A stretch of 64,000 nucleotides of DNA from the NCBI GenBank assembly GCA_050249955.1, contig JBFWPN010000009.1, positions 126,529 through 190,528 of the forward strand, in the 5' to 3' direction. The notes under the pieces were generated by a model. That model searched no databases, was not told the origin of the DNA, and saw only the letters and a list, made by a program, of their open reading frames with translations. Position numbers and translations under genes: made by a program. Shown in pieces: positions 18,530 through 27,825 of this stretch. Position 1 is the first letter of the stretch. Every line of letters begins with the position of its first letter. The DNA is from Vicinamibacterales bacterium. Lineage in GTDB: Bacteria > Acidobacteriota > Vicinamibacteria > Vicinamibacterales > CAVVIG01.

Positions 18530-19892
18530 CCAGCCCGACCGCCAGGTCGCCCAGCATCTCGCCCGCAAGTGCCTCGCCCACGCCCGCAAGGTGTGCCTCA
18601 CGCCCCGCATCGCCGGAGCCCGGCCGCGCCGCCTCGGCGTTCCGTCGCTCGTCGACGCATGCGGCGCGCATGGTGGCGAGCAGCCGATCCTGCGCCGTGA
18701 ACCGTGGCTGGCGCGACGCCAGCACCGCCGCGGCACAGAGCACGCGGATCTCGGCGCTCGCGGCCTCGCCGCCCCCGACGAGATCCTGCGCGTCTGCGGC
18801 CGCTTCATCCTGCTGTGCGGCCGTGAATCCGAAGGCGCCCGCGAGGCGCGCGCCGCCCACGGTGATGCCCGGCTCGCCACCCGTGCCGACGAACGCCGCC
18901 CCGATGGCGCGCGCGGATTCCGCGTCCGCCGCCGCGGCACCTGGCGGAAACGCCTCCTCGCACGCCCGGACGAACTCCGCAGACTCAGCCGCGAACCCCA
19001 TGGCTTCGATGACCGCCGCGTTGAACGCCATTCGCGCCGCCAGCGGCGGGTAGCTCGGGTGCGCCGCCACCGCGCCCGTGGCGTCGGTCAGCAGGATGTT
19101 GGCGAGCGCCCAGGCGTAGGCCGGTCCCACCGAGAGGCAGCCGTGGAAGTCGGCGAACAGCTCAGACCCGCGCGCCACCCACGCCTCACGTGCCGCGGAA
19201 TCGGGCACCACGGTCGCAATCCGCCCGGCGATCTGGTCGGTCAGCCCGAAGTCGGCTTCCACCGAGTGCCCCACTTCGTGGCAGATGGAGACGGCATCGG
19301 GCAGGTAGGCGGTCTGGTACCACGGCACCGCAATGACCGGGAAGGGCAGGCGCGAGAGCGCCGACCGGAAGTCCGCATTCCTCAGGAAGGCCTGCGGCAC
19401 CGCGCTCACCTCGAACGCCCGATCGCGCGTCACGGTGAACGGGCTCCAGGTGCTGTTCAGGTACACCAGCGGCGGCGCCTTCGCCACCGGGTCGCTTCCC
19501 GGGTGCGCCAGGTTGCGCACGGGCCGATAGCACTGCCACGCGAGCTCGTCGCCGACGCGCAGGAACGTGCGCAGGCTCCCGTCGAGCCGCTGGGCCAGCT
19601 TGCCCCGGAAGAACTCCCACACCTCGCACCCGGCGAGGATGGCGGCCTCGAGCGTCGCGCCGCGCTGCGCCACGGCGCCCGCGTCGACCGTCCTCGCAAG
19701 GGCCTGGTCCACCAGCCGACGGATGCCGCCCATCAGGCGGTCCACGTCGCGCGTCTGCACGTAATGGATCTGGAACGCGGGGTCGCGGCGCGTGGTCACG
19801 TCCGCGGTCTGGTCGAGCCACGCCTCGAGCGAGGTGGCCAGCACGGCCCGCTTGCGGGTCAGCGCGCGCAGGCGTTCGTCGGTGAGCGCCAC
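18522..19892 (-). CDS. Hypothetical protein with an HExxH zincin-like metallopeptidase motif (gene C of the CHAT/STAND module)
   Basis: ICHEVGH followed by W...SELFADF and HPSYPP...R; no signal peptide; starts 1 nt after the gene B stop. Confidence 0.7.
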   Translation of the reverse strand: MALTDERLRALTRKRAVLATSLEAWLDQTADVTTRRDPAFQIHYVQTRDVDRLMGGIRRLVDQALARTVDAGAVAQRGATLEAAILAGCEVWEFFRGKLAQRLDGSLRTFLRVGDELAWQCYRPVRNLAHPGSDPVAKAPPLVYLNSTWSPFTVTRDRAFEVSAVPQAFLRNADFRSALSRLPFPVIAVPWYQTAYLPDAVSICHEVGHSVEADFGLTDQIAGRIATVVPDSAAREAWVARGSELFADFHGCLSVGPAYAWALANILLTDATGAVAAHPSYPPLAARMAFNAAVIEAMGFAAESAEFVRACEEAFPPGAAAADAESARAIGAAFVGTGGEPGITVGGARLAGAFGFTAAQQDEAAADAQDLVGGGEAASAEIRVLCAAAVLASRQPRFTAQDRLLATMRAACVDERRNAEAARPGSGDAGREAHLAGVGEALAGEMLGDLAVGLDG

Positions 19893-19893
19893 G

Positions 19894-22800
19894 TCACCAC
19901 ACCGGGATCGACGGATCGCTCGCGAAGAGCGCCGACGGTGCCTGCGCTGTCAGTGCCGCCACCGCCTGTGCGAGCGCGGCGGCGTCGTCACCGCCGGTCA
20001 CGCTCCGGATCAGTGCCTGCGCCACCGCGAGTGTGTGGCTGCCGGCCAGTCCGGTGGCCAGCACGCCACGCGTGCGCCCCAGCGCGAAGAGCTGGTGCGC
20101 GAACTGGTTGCGCATGTAGAGCAGCTTCAGGGTCTCGGCGCGCGAGCCGCTGTGCGGCACGTCCAGGATCACGAACGGCCGCTGCTCCGCGCCCAGGGCC
20201 GACTGCAGCATGCGGCTGAGCAGGCCGGGTGTGAGCGCCAGCGTCGTGGGGGTCCCCTGCCCCTCGCTCGGTCCCTCGGTCGCCAGCCGCAGGTCCGACC
20301 CGGTCTGTGCCACCGACAGCGTCAGGTGCACCACGTCCGGCTGGGCCGACGTCAGTCCAGCCGTCAGCGGCGAAGGATCGCCGGGTTCCACCCGCATGCA
20401 GCCCGAGGCCGAACCCTGCCACAGCTTCACCACGTCCACGCCGAACGCGCCATAGCCGGTCCGGTACGATCGCTCGACCTCGTAATTCCGCCCCACGATG
20501 GCGATGCCCCGCCGCGGCAGCATCGCCCGCATGCGCCGGATTGTCGCGGCCGTGACAGCGCCCTGCTCGAGTACCTGGTGCCGTGCGTCGAACTCCGTCA
20601 GCGCGCCGAATGTCTGCGGTCCGGCCACGCCGTCCACGACGACCGGCGTGCCCAGTGCCGTGAGCGCAGCCTGCACCCAGCGCACCGTGTCGGTGGCCGG
20701 CTCGCGGGTGGTGGTCCGCGCCACGAAGGCGAAGCCGCGACCCTCCGTCCCCCACTCCCACGGCAGGCCCGCCATCGCATCGTCGTCGAACCGAAGGAGC
20801 AGCCCCGCGGTGGAAGCGCCGGGCGGTGGTGGCACCACACCCCGGAGCAGCTCACTGGCACGCGCACGTTCGCCCAGCAGCACCTCGAGCGCCTCGGTGG
20901 AGCCCCGGCTGCCGAGCACCTCGATGAGCGCCTTGTGCGGCTTGATCGAGACCTGCCGCATCGTCTCGGGCTGTCCGAGTGGGGTGGTGGCGATGATGAG
21001 CTCGTGCTCGGCGGGATGCCTCACCTCCACGACGTGCGCGCGGAGGTGGAAGGGCGACGAGTACATCGGCTTGTCGTCGATGCGCACCTCGCGCAGGTTG
21101 ACGCGCCCGTCGGGCAGGCCGAGCCGCGTGGCCACACCGAGCGCCTGGCTGCCCCACAGGTTCGCCTGCATCGGGTCGTCCGAGAGGCGCGACTGCAGCG
21201 CCATGAAGCGGCAGGTGAACTGATCCGGTTCCCCGTCCGGCAGGGTCACCTCGGCGAGGGCGGCCGCTGCCGAGGCCGGGTCTGCCTTCTCGATCCACCA
21301 CTCGGCCTGCTCCACGTGCGTGGCGATCACCAGTCCCGGGTAGTCCGCGCATGTCGCGCGCACCGCGGCGAGGTACGCGTGGACCTGTGTGTTGTCCACC
21401 ACCACGTTCAGCAGGCGTGCGGCCACGAGCAGGCGTCGCGCCACGAGCGGCTGGTCGGGCAGGTGCAGCCGCTGCAGCGCTGCCGCCAGCAGCGCGCGCC
21501 CGTGGTCGGGTGCCCCGGCGTATTGCAGCGTGCGTGAGAGCGGGATCGCCCGCAGCACGAAGTCGGGGTCGTCGGCCGCAAGCTCCGGAATCGCGGCGAG
21601 CAGGGCCGGCTGCGGCGGGTTGGACGCACCCGGCGTGCCGGGTTCCCACCGTTCGAACGGGGTCAGCAGGGCGACGCGGGCATCGACCGGGGTGATGGCG
21701 GTGAGCAGGCGGGCGAAGTCGTCGCTCGCCGCCACCGGCTCGAGCCCCCCGGCGAGCGCCTGCGCGAAGGCGAGCGCCCGATCGAACACGCCGGCGTGGA
21801 CCGGCGACTCGGCCCAGACGCGCTTCCACTGCTGGATGGCGCGCTCGCGCGCCGGGTGCCGCGTCATCTCGATGATCGCCATCTGGCCGCGCAGCCAGTT
21901 CGGCCCGCTCGGATCCAGCTTCGAACCCAGCGTCCGCGCCTCGTTGAAGTTCCCGATGATGCGGACGATGAAGTCGAGCCGCTCGATCTCGCAGGCCTGC
22001 GCCGCCACCGTGTTCTGCGCCCGCTCGAAGAGCCGCGTGGCGAGCTGGAAGGCGTCGATGGTGCCCGGGTGGTGCAACAGCGCCAGCCTGGACGCGCGCC
22101 ACAGGGCGTGCTGCGGATCCTCGGACGTGGCGATGGGCGGCGTCATCCGCATCTGGTCCAGGTCGAGGCGGCAGCGCTGGTCCGACGTGAACCGGTGAGC
22201 CACCGCGGGGTCTGGCGCGTGCGACGTGACGTAGCCGAGCCACGCGGGAATGACCGACCAGCGGTGCGTCTGTGCCAGGACGTCGACGAGGCGGCCGGCA
22301 CGCCGGACCATGTCGGTGGCCGATCCGCCGCCGGCGACGGTGGACACCAGCGAGTCCTCGAAGTGACGGAGCGCGCCATCGAGGGCGCCGCGGTCGCGCT
22401 CGATGAGCCCCTGCATGGTGCGGATCATGGCGCGCGTCTGGCCCGTGTCGTGGAGTGCCGACGCGGCGAGCGCGATCGCCTGCTCGTAGGCCGCGTGGGC
22501 CTCCGCAGCCGACCGCCGGGCCACCAGGTTCGCCTTCATGATCAGCAGGCGGACCGCGGACTGGGGCGAGGCGGTGGCGAGGGAGGTGGCGATCAGCGCG
22601 AGCGCCTGCTCGTCGTGCCCCAGGTGGGAGAGCACCTGCGCCTCCACCTCGATGCGTTCGGGCCCGATGGCCGGCCGCCCGAGCCGCGCCTCGATCGTGC
22701 GGATGGCGTCGAGGTGCCCCTCGATCCGGTTCATCAGCGCCTCGCGCCAGTGTGGCGCGTCGGCGTGCTGCCCGCGGTGGATCAGTTCGCCCGACAGGGT

Positions 22801-25011
22801 CTTCGCAAGCTCGAAGTGCGCCTCGGCGACGGTCTCCGGCTCGATGATGTGGGCCGTCAACTGGTGACGCCGCGGCTGCCCGTCGTCGTCCAGGAAGTCG
22901 CTGCCGAGCAGCGACTCGGCCAGCGCCCCGCGTACGTCGGGGAACAGGCTGAAGGTGGACGCCATCATGCGGTGCCAGTGCGTCGTGGCCGCCGAGCCCT
23001 CGGCCTGGAAGTAGTGGAAGAGCGCCTGGATGGCGAGCTGTCCCGCGGCGGCGGCGCGCTCGCGCACGGAGCGGTCGAGGGCGGCCACGGCCTCGACCGT
23101 GCCGGCGTCGATGCGCTGCTGGACGTACAGCGCCGGGTCCATGAGGTCGGGGTCGATGCGCCGCTCGAACCAGGCCGCGGCCTCGCGGTGCACCTCGGCG
23201 TAGACCGGCTGGCTCTGGAGCAGGTAGCGCATCGGCACCACCAGTTCCGGCTGCAGGCGCGGCAGGTCTCCTTCGAGGCTGATCCAGCTCGAGGCGCTGG
23301 CGTACTTGCGCAGTTCGGTCCAGAGGCGATCGGGATCGAACGTGCCGGGGCAGGGCGTCCAGCTCCGGCTGCGCCGGACCAGCTCGGCCCCGGGCGGCAG
23401 GTTCTCGTGGGGCCGGTCGCGCTGCGGCGACGCGGCCTCGCGGCGGACGTGCGGCAGCAGCACGTCGTGCAGGAAGTCGCGCGTGAGCTGGTTGGGCACC
23501 ACCGCGTAGCGCAACACCCACTGCAGCTCGCAGTCGGGCAACCGCTCGATGATGCGCTCGATCAGGTACTGCACGTCGGCGTGGCCGAGCTCGGAAAGAT
23601 CCTGCAGCGTGAAGCGGCCACCGGCACCCACGCGATCCGCGAACAGCGTGAGCTTGAACGGGTTCCCGTGCGCCGGCCGTCCCGCGCGGCGCGCGCGGAA
23701 CGCCGGCTTCAGCCGGCGGATCCGGGTGAGGTACTCGATCGCCTCGGGTCCCGTGAGTTCGCCCACCGTGATGGTGGTCATGCCACGGCGCGTGCGCGGC
23801 ATCGACGTCCAGGGACGGAAGTCCTGGCGGGTCCGGATGTCGTGCCGGCCGGCCATGATCACCTTCAGCCCGGGACAGGCCTCGTGGACCCTCTCGAGCA
23901 GGCGCAGCGCCGAGAGCCACTCCTGCGGCTTGTGCAGGACCATCTCCTCGACCGTGTCCAGTACCAGCAGGGCCGGCATGCGCGCGAGCTGCCGGCAGAA
24001 CGCCTTCTCGATCTCCGCGGCCTCGTTCTCGCTCAGGCTCAGTGTCACCTGCGCGCTGGCCCGGACGGGCGAGGGTTCGAGGGCCGGCAGGTAGCGGCTG
24101 TGATCGAGCAGGAAGCTGCGGAACAGGCTCGCGCCCACCCCCTGTTCCACCTGCCGATCCAGCTGGTCGGCCGCGTGGACCAGCAGCAGGCTGGGGGCCT
24201 CGGCAATGGTGGCGCGGTTCACCCGGTCGAAGTCGATGCGGGCCACGGGCCAGCGCACACCGCGCCCGCGGCCGGCGACGAGCAGGCGACGCGAGATGTA
24301 CCAGCGCAGGAACGCCGTCTTGCCGAAGCCGCCCTTCGCGGCGATCTGCATGAGCCACCTGCTGCTCGCGAGGAAGGCGTCGGCCGACGCCGTCACCTTC
24401 CGGCGTTCGAGGTAGTGGCGCGACCGCGTCCAGTCGTCCACGAAGAGCACCCGGCTCCGGAGGTACTGTTCGCGGTCCTGGAGGAAGCGGAACAGCTCGG
24501 GCGCAAACTGCGAGAGCAGCTCCGAGCGGTTGCGCAGGATGCGGAGCAGGCCGTCGCAGGCCGAGAGGTCGCCGGCGCGGTCGGCCGCGTCGTAGAGCGC
24601 CTTCGCGAAGCCGAGTGCGTCGCGCGGGCTCGCGAAGAGCATCTGCGAGAGCTGGTCGAGCGGCGCCCCGTCCTCGTAGTAGACCCACATCCGCCGGCTG
24701 AAGTCGCGGAGTCCGTCCGGGTCCGACTCCCAGGCCGAGAGGAGGAGCGATCGCGACTCCCCGCGCACGTAGTAGGCCGTGCTGCTGCCGGGCACGGGCA
24801 CCATCTCGGGCAGTTCGGTCAGCGAGGTGAACGTGAAGCGGCGCCCCTCGGGTACGTCTTCGGCGAGCACGGTGGTGAACAGCGCCTCGTCCACCTCGCG
24901 CAGCAGGGCGCACTTGCGGAGGATCACCTCCTGCCAGGCCTGGCGCGTGACGGCACCCGTGCTGTTCAGCAGCTCGCGCAGCGAGCGCTTGGGCGTGCCT
25001 GGGGCGGTCAT
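19894..25011 (-). CDS. 1705-aa STAND-type NTPase with helical/TPR-like repeats and a C-terminal degenerate CHAT domain carrying a peptidoglycan-binding insertion (gene B)
   Basis: Walker A AKGGFGKT, Walker B LLVLDTVEE, IMAGR, GNPF (GxP), long helical repeats, LPWEW, VRWVQAAL...VDGVAGPQT. Start reassigned to ATG 25011 (ATGA overlap with gene A). Confidence 0.8.
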   Translation of the reverse strand: MTAPGTPKRSLRELLNSTGAVTRQAWQEVILRKCALLREVDEALFTTVLAEDVPEGRRFTFTSLTELPEMVPVPGSSTAYYVRGESRSLLLSAWESDPDGLRDFSRRMWVYYEDGAPLDQLSQMLFASPRDALGFAKALYDAADRAGDLSACDGLLRILRNRSELLSQFAPELFRFLQDREQYLRSRVLFVDDWTRSRHYLERRKVTASADAFLASSRWLMQIAAKGGFGKTAFLRWYISRRLLVAGRGRGVRWPVARIDFDRVNRATIAEAPSLLLVHAADQLDRQVEQGVGASLFRSFLLDHSRYLPALEPSPVRASAQVTLSLSENEAAEIEKAFCRQLARMPALLVLDTVEEMVLHKPQEWLSALRLLERVHEACPGLKVIMAGRHDIRTRQDFRPWTSMPRTRRGMTTITVGELTGPEAIEYLTRIRRLKPAFRARRAGRPAHGNPFKLTLFADRVGAGGRFTLQDLSELGHADVQYLIERIIERLPDCELQWVLRYAVVPNQLTRDFLHDVLLPHVRREAASPQRDRPHENLPPGAELVRRSRSWTPCPGTFDPDRLWTELRKYASASSWISLEGDLPRLQPELVVPMRYLLQSQPVYAEVHREAAAWFERRIDPDLMDPALYVQQRIDAGTVEAVAALDRSVRERAAAAGQLAIQALFHYFQAEGSAATTHWHRMMASTFSLFPDVRGALAESLLGSDFLDDDGQPRRHQLTAHIIEPETVAEAHFELAKTLSGELIHRGQHADAPHWREALMNRIEGHLDAIRTIEARLGRPAIGPERIEVEAQVLSHLGHDEQALALIATSLATASPQSAVRLLIMKANLVARRSAAEAHAAYEQAIALAASALHDTGQTRAMIRTMQGLIERDRGALDGALRHFEDSLVSTVAGGGSATDMVRRAGRLVDVLAQTHRWSVIPAWLGYVTSHAPDPAVAHRFTSDQRCRLDLDQMRMTPPIATSEDPQHALWRASRLALLHHPGTIDAFQLATRLFERAQNTVAAQACEIERLDFIVRIIGNFNEARTLGSKLDPSGPNWLRGQMAIIEMTRHPARERAIQQWKRVWAESPVHAGVFDRALAFAQALAGGLEPVAASDDFARLLTAITPVDARVALLTPFERWEPGTPGASNPPQPALLAAIPELAADDPDFVLRAIPLSRTLQYAGAPDHGRALLAAALQRLHLPDQPLVARRLLVAARLLNVVVDNTQVHAYLAAVRATCADYPGLVIATHVEQAEWWIEKADPASAAAALAEVTLPDGEPDQFTCRFMALQSRLSDDPMQANLWGSQALGVATRLGLPDGRVNLREVRIDDKPMYSSPFHLRAHVVEVRHPAEHELIIATTPLGQPETMRQVSIKPHKALIEVLGSRGSTEALEVLLGERARASELLRGVVPPPPGASTAGLLLRFDDDAMAGLPWEWGTEGRGFAFVARTTTREPATDTVRWVQAALTALGTPVVVDGVAGPQTFGALTEFDARHQVLEQGAVTAATIRRMRAMLPRRGIAIVGRNYEVERSYRTGYGAFGVDVVKLWQGSASGCMRVEPGDPSPLTAGLTSAQPDVVHLTLSVAQTGSDLRLATEGPSEGQGTPTTLALTPGLLSRMLQSALGAEQRPFVILDVPHSGSRAETLKLLYMRNQFAHQLFALGRTRGVLATGLAGSHTLAVAQALIRSVTGGDDAAALAQAVAALTAQAPSALFASDPSIPVW

Positions 25012-27116
25012 GGCCGCTTCGCCCTCACCTTGATCCAGCAATTGCGCCACAGGGCGTCGGTGTACTCCCGGAGTTCGGCGCCGGTCAGCGCCTCCTGGGC
25101 ATACTCGGCCAGCTCGCGCGTCATCTGCGCCAGCATCGCCTCGGCGTAGGGCTGCACCTTGTCGGCTTCCTTCTTCAGCCGGATGCGGAAGAGCTCCTCG
25201 AGCAGTTCCAGCGAGTCGGTCGCGGCGAAGTACTCCATCGGCACGTGCCCGTAGTCGACCGGGAGCGGGTCGAGGCCGTAGTCCCGTCGCCGATCCGAAC
25301 GGATGGCCAGCAGCAGCCGGACGCGGCCGTTGCCCCGCGCGATGAGCGGGTTGATCCAGTGCTCGCGCAGCAGGGCGAACTGATCGGCGCTGAGGCCGCG
25401 ATCGCCGGCCTCGAGCTGGTCGAACACCAGGACGAGCGGCTCGTTGCCGGGTGGCCGCAGCGCGTCGTGGAAGGCCTGGCACACGCGCCGCTCGAACTCC
25501 GGCGCGACCGCCGGGCTGTTCTTCAGCGCAGACAGCGGTCCGGCCGTGTCCGGTTCGTCGGCGGCCGCCTGGCCGGTCGGGTCGATGCGGCCCTTCGCCA
25601 GGTGCGAGAGGCGCCAGTTGAACGACGGATCCAGCAGCGATCCCAGCGGATCCTGCACGCCCTGCCGGCGTGCATTCCCGTCGCGCAGCGCCCGCAGCAC
25701 CTCGAGCCAGTCCGCACAGCCGCCAAGCTCCACGTACCGGACCGTGTGACGGCGGCGGTGGAACAGGTCCATGGTCCAGCAGAGCAGCGTACTCTTGCCG
25801 ATCTCCGCCGCCCCCTGTACCACGATGACGTTGTGCTGATCGTCCACGGCCCGCACGAGCCGGCGCCGCTCCTCGTACCGGTCCACGAAGGTCTCGAGCC
25901 GCTCGTGGACGAAGGGCGGTGCGTCGATGTCGAGCACCGCCTCGTGCCGCAGGATCTGGTCGGGCGGTGCCGCCAGCGAGAGCACCGGCAGGTACGGCTC
26001 CCGGCCGTCCTTGCCGCCTGCCACGTCGCGCGCGATCCTCGCCCGGCCCCGCGCGCAGGCCACGTCGATCGGCACCCCCTCGAGCAGCGCCCCATAGAAC
26101 TCACCGGCGCACAGCGCCGCTGCACTGCCGCGCACGTCGGCCTGCATGGCCACCACGCCGAGCACGCCGCGGCCGAACAGCGCATCGACGATCGTGCGCT
26201 GGCGCGAGATGTCGGCTGCCGACGCCTCCTCCCACGTCGCCACACCCTGGCTCCGGCAGGCATTCAGGTAGACGACGTCCGGGATCCAGCTCCGGGTGCC
26301 GAGGTCGAGCCTGATGTCGTCCGGCCCCCATGTCACGTTCGCCTTGCGCACCTCCGCGTCGTAGATTTGCAGGTCGGTGCCGGTGCCGTGCCCGATGAAG
26401 TGCAGGATGTGCGGCATGAACAGGCCGAGCCGCTCGACCAGCCGTTCACGGCTGGGATGCCGGAGCACGTCCACGTCGTAGACCCGATCCATCGGCCGGA
26501 GCGCCCGCTTGATCGCCCGTACTTCCTCGTCGGCACCGATGGCCTCCGGGTTGTCCGCCGCGACCACCACCAGCACGCGCACCTGCAGTTCGGGGTCGCT
26601 CACGCGACGCCGGGCCGGCACCACCACGAAGCGGGCCACCGGCGCATCGTCCTGAAGGAAGAGCGGGCCGCCGATACGGGCCACTTCCCACGGCACCGCG
26701 AGCAGGGCGGGGTCGTCGACCACCAGGAACAGCCGGTAGCCCGGTTGTGCCTGGATGGACGTCAGCTGGTCGGGCGTGGGGTTCGGGCTGCGGAGGATGC
26801 GCGCGCGCCGCCGCGCCCACTCGGCCTGGTCCTGCTGGGCCGCCGCCATCCGGTCGGTCCAGGTGGTCCCGATCGCACCGGGCATCAGGAGTGCCCCGAG
26901 CTGCGTGGCCAGACGATCCAGGTCGCGGATGCGGCCCGACTGTGTCAGCAGGAGCCGGCGCAGATCGTCGAGGAGGGCCTGCTGGTCCGGGCTGAAGGGC
27001 GGCTGCGCCACCGCGGCGAGCACGGCGCCGGGAGCGGCGGGATCGCCCTCCCGCAGCTCGTACAGCCAGCCTGGCTGGTCCGGTGCCGGCGTCAGGCGAA
27101 GCGTCAGGGCCTGCAT
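25008..27116 (-). CDS. CHAT (caspase-like) protease fused to a STAND-type NTPase (gene A, 702 aa)
   Basis: LLAVPWE, ILHFIGHG (catalytic His), VYLNACRS (catalytic Cys), VAMQ..V, FYGAL; FVDRYEE, Walker A GAAEIGKS, Walker B LVLVFDQLE. Confidence 0.88.
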   Translation of the reverse strand: MQALTLRLTPAPDQPGWLYELREGDPAAPGAVLAAVAQPPFSPDQQALLDDLRRLLLTQSGRIRDLDRLATQLGALLMPGAIGTTWTDRMAAAQQDQAEWARRRARILRSPNPTPDQLTSIQAQPGYRLFLVVDDPALLAVPWEVARIGGPLFLQDDAPVARFVVVPARRRVSDPELQVRVLVVVAADNPEAIGADEEVRAIKRALRPMDRVYDVDVLRHPSRERLVERLGLFMPHILHFIGHGTGTDLQIYDAEVRKANVTWGPDDIRLDLGTRSWIPDVVYLNACRSQGVATWEEASAADISRQRTIVDALFGRGVLGVVAMQADVRGSAAALCAGEFYGALLEGVPIDVACARGRARIARDVAGGKDGREPYLPVLSLAAPPDQILRHEAVLDIDAPPFVHERLETFVDRYEERRRLVRAVDDQHNVIVVQGAAEIGKSTLLCWTMDLFHRRRHTVRYVELGGCADWLEVLRALRDGNARRQGVQDPLGSLLDPSFNWRLSHLAKGRIDPTGQAAADEPDTAGPLSALKNSPAVAPEFERRVCQAFHDALRPPGNEPLVLVFDQLEAGDRGLSADQFALLREHWINPLIARGNGRVRLLLAIRSDRRRDYGLDPLPVDYGHVPMEYFAATDSLELLEELFRIRLKKEADKVQPYAEAMLAQMTRELAEYAQEALTGAELREYTDALWRNCWIKVRAKRP

Positions 27117-27375
27117 GGGCGTGGGTGCCGGCGATCGCCTGGGACGGGTGCGATTGATGGTGGTAGACAGGCCACGACAGTGAAGGGAAACGCTGGCACG
27201 GGCCGGAACCGACGCCGCGTGGCCTCCAGTCGGGACTGAAGCGTGCAGCAGTCCTGCATGTACCCGTGCTCCCGGACGCACCGCCCGCGGCAACGTGCGT
27301 CAGGGCTGAGATGATATATCGGAACCCATCCACGGGCATGGCATGGTGCGGCTCACCTCGGGTACAGTCGATCGG

Positions 27376-27825
27376 ATGACTCGCCAGATCCCATCCGTTT
27401 GCTGGCAGGCCGTGCGCCTCCTGCTGCTCGTGTCGCTGCCTGGCGTGGTGTCGTGCTCCACGCCTGCCTCCCCGACCTTCGGCACGGTGTCGGCCGCGAG
27501 CCTGGCAGGCATGTGGAAACTGGAGATCGTGCAGCGCACCGGCGGCCCCGCGCTGGCCACGCCGGCCGACGCCGCCTACACCCTCTCGTTCAGCGGTACC
27601 ACCGTCTCTGCCCGGGTCGACTGCAACACCTGCGTCGGGACGTTCAGCATCGTCGGCGACGCCATCACCATCTCGCCGGTCCTGGCCTGCACACGGGCAG
27701 CCTGCCCGACCAGTGCGTTCGGCGTGATTTACGAGGGGCTGCTGGCCGGCGAGAGCCGCGTCGGCGTGTCGGGGCAGACGATGGTGCTGAACTCGTCGCG
27801 CGGGCAGCTGCGGTTCACGCGCTAG
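27376..27825 (+). CDS. META/HslJ-domain lipoprotein
   Basis: Lipobox-like VVSC; LAGMWKL, YTLSF, DCNTC.G.F, ACTRAAC, LRFTR. Confidence 0.78.
   Translation: MTRQIPSVCWQAVRLLLLVSLPGVVSCSTPASPTFGTVSAASLAGMWKLEIVQRTGGPALATPADAAYTLSFSGTTVSARVDCNTCVGTFSIVGDAITISPVLACTRAACPTSAFGVIYEGLLAGESRVGVSGQTMVLNSSRGQLRFTR

Noticed and set aside
20852..25149. 1353-aa (-) and 1117-aa (+) ORFs overlapping gene B
   Set aside because: Arg/Gly/Pro-rich alternative-frame or antisense shadows with no motifs.
25012..25482. 157-codon N-terminal extension of gene B in the ORF track
   Set aside because: It overlaps gene A in another frame and is low-complexity. The ATG at 25011, with an ATGA overlap and upstream purine-rich sequence, is the better start.
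18522..27116. Module as a mobile element or prophage cargo
   Set aside because: No integrase, transposase, tRNA or flanking direct repeats seen, and no obvious compositional shift by eye.
27190..27350. TGGCA-containing motifs in the divergent intergenic region upstream of gene A
   Set aside because: They lack a correctly spaced -12 TGC element, so they are not called as sigma-54 promoters.
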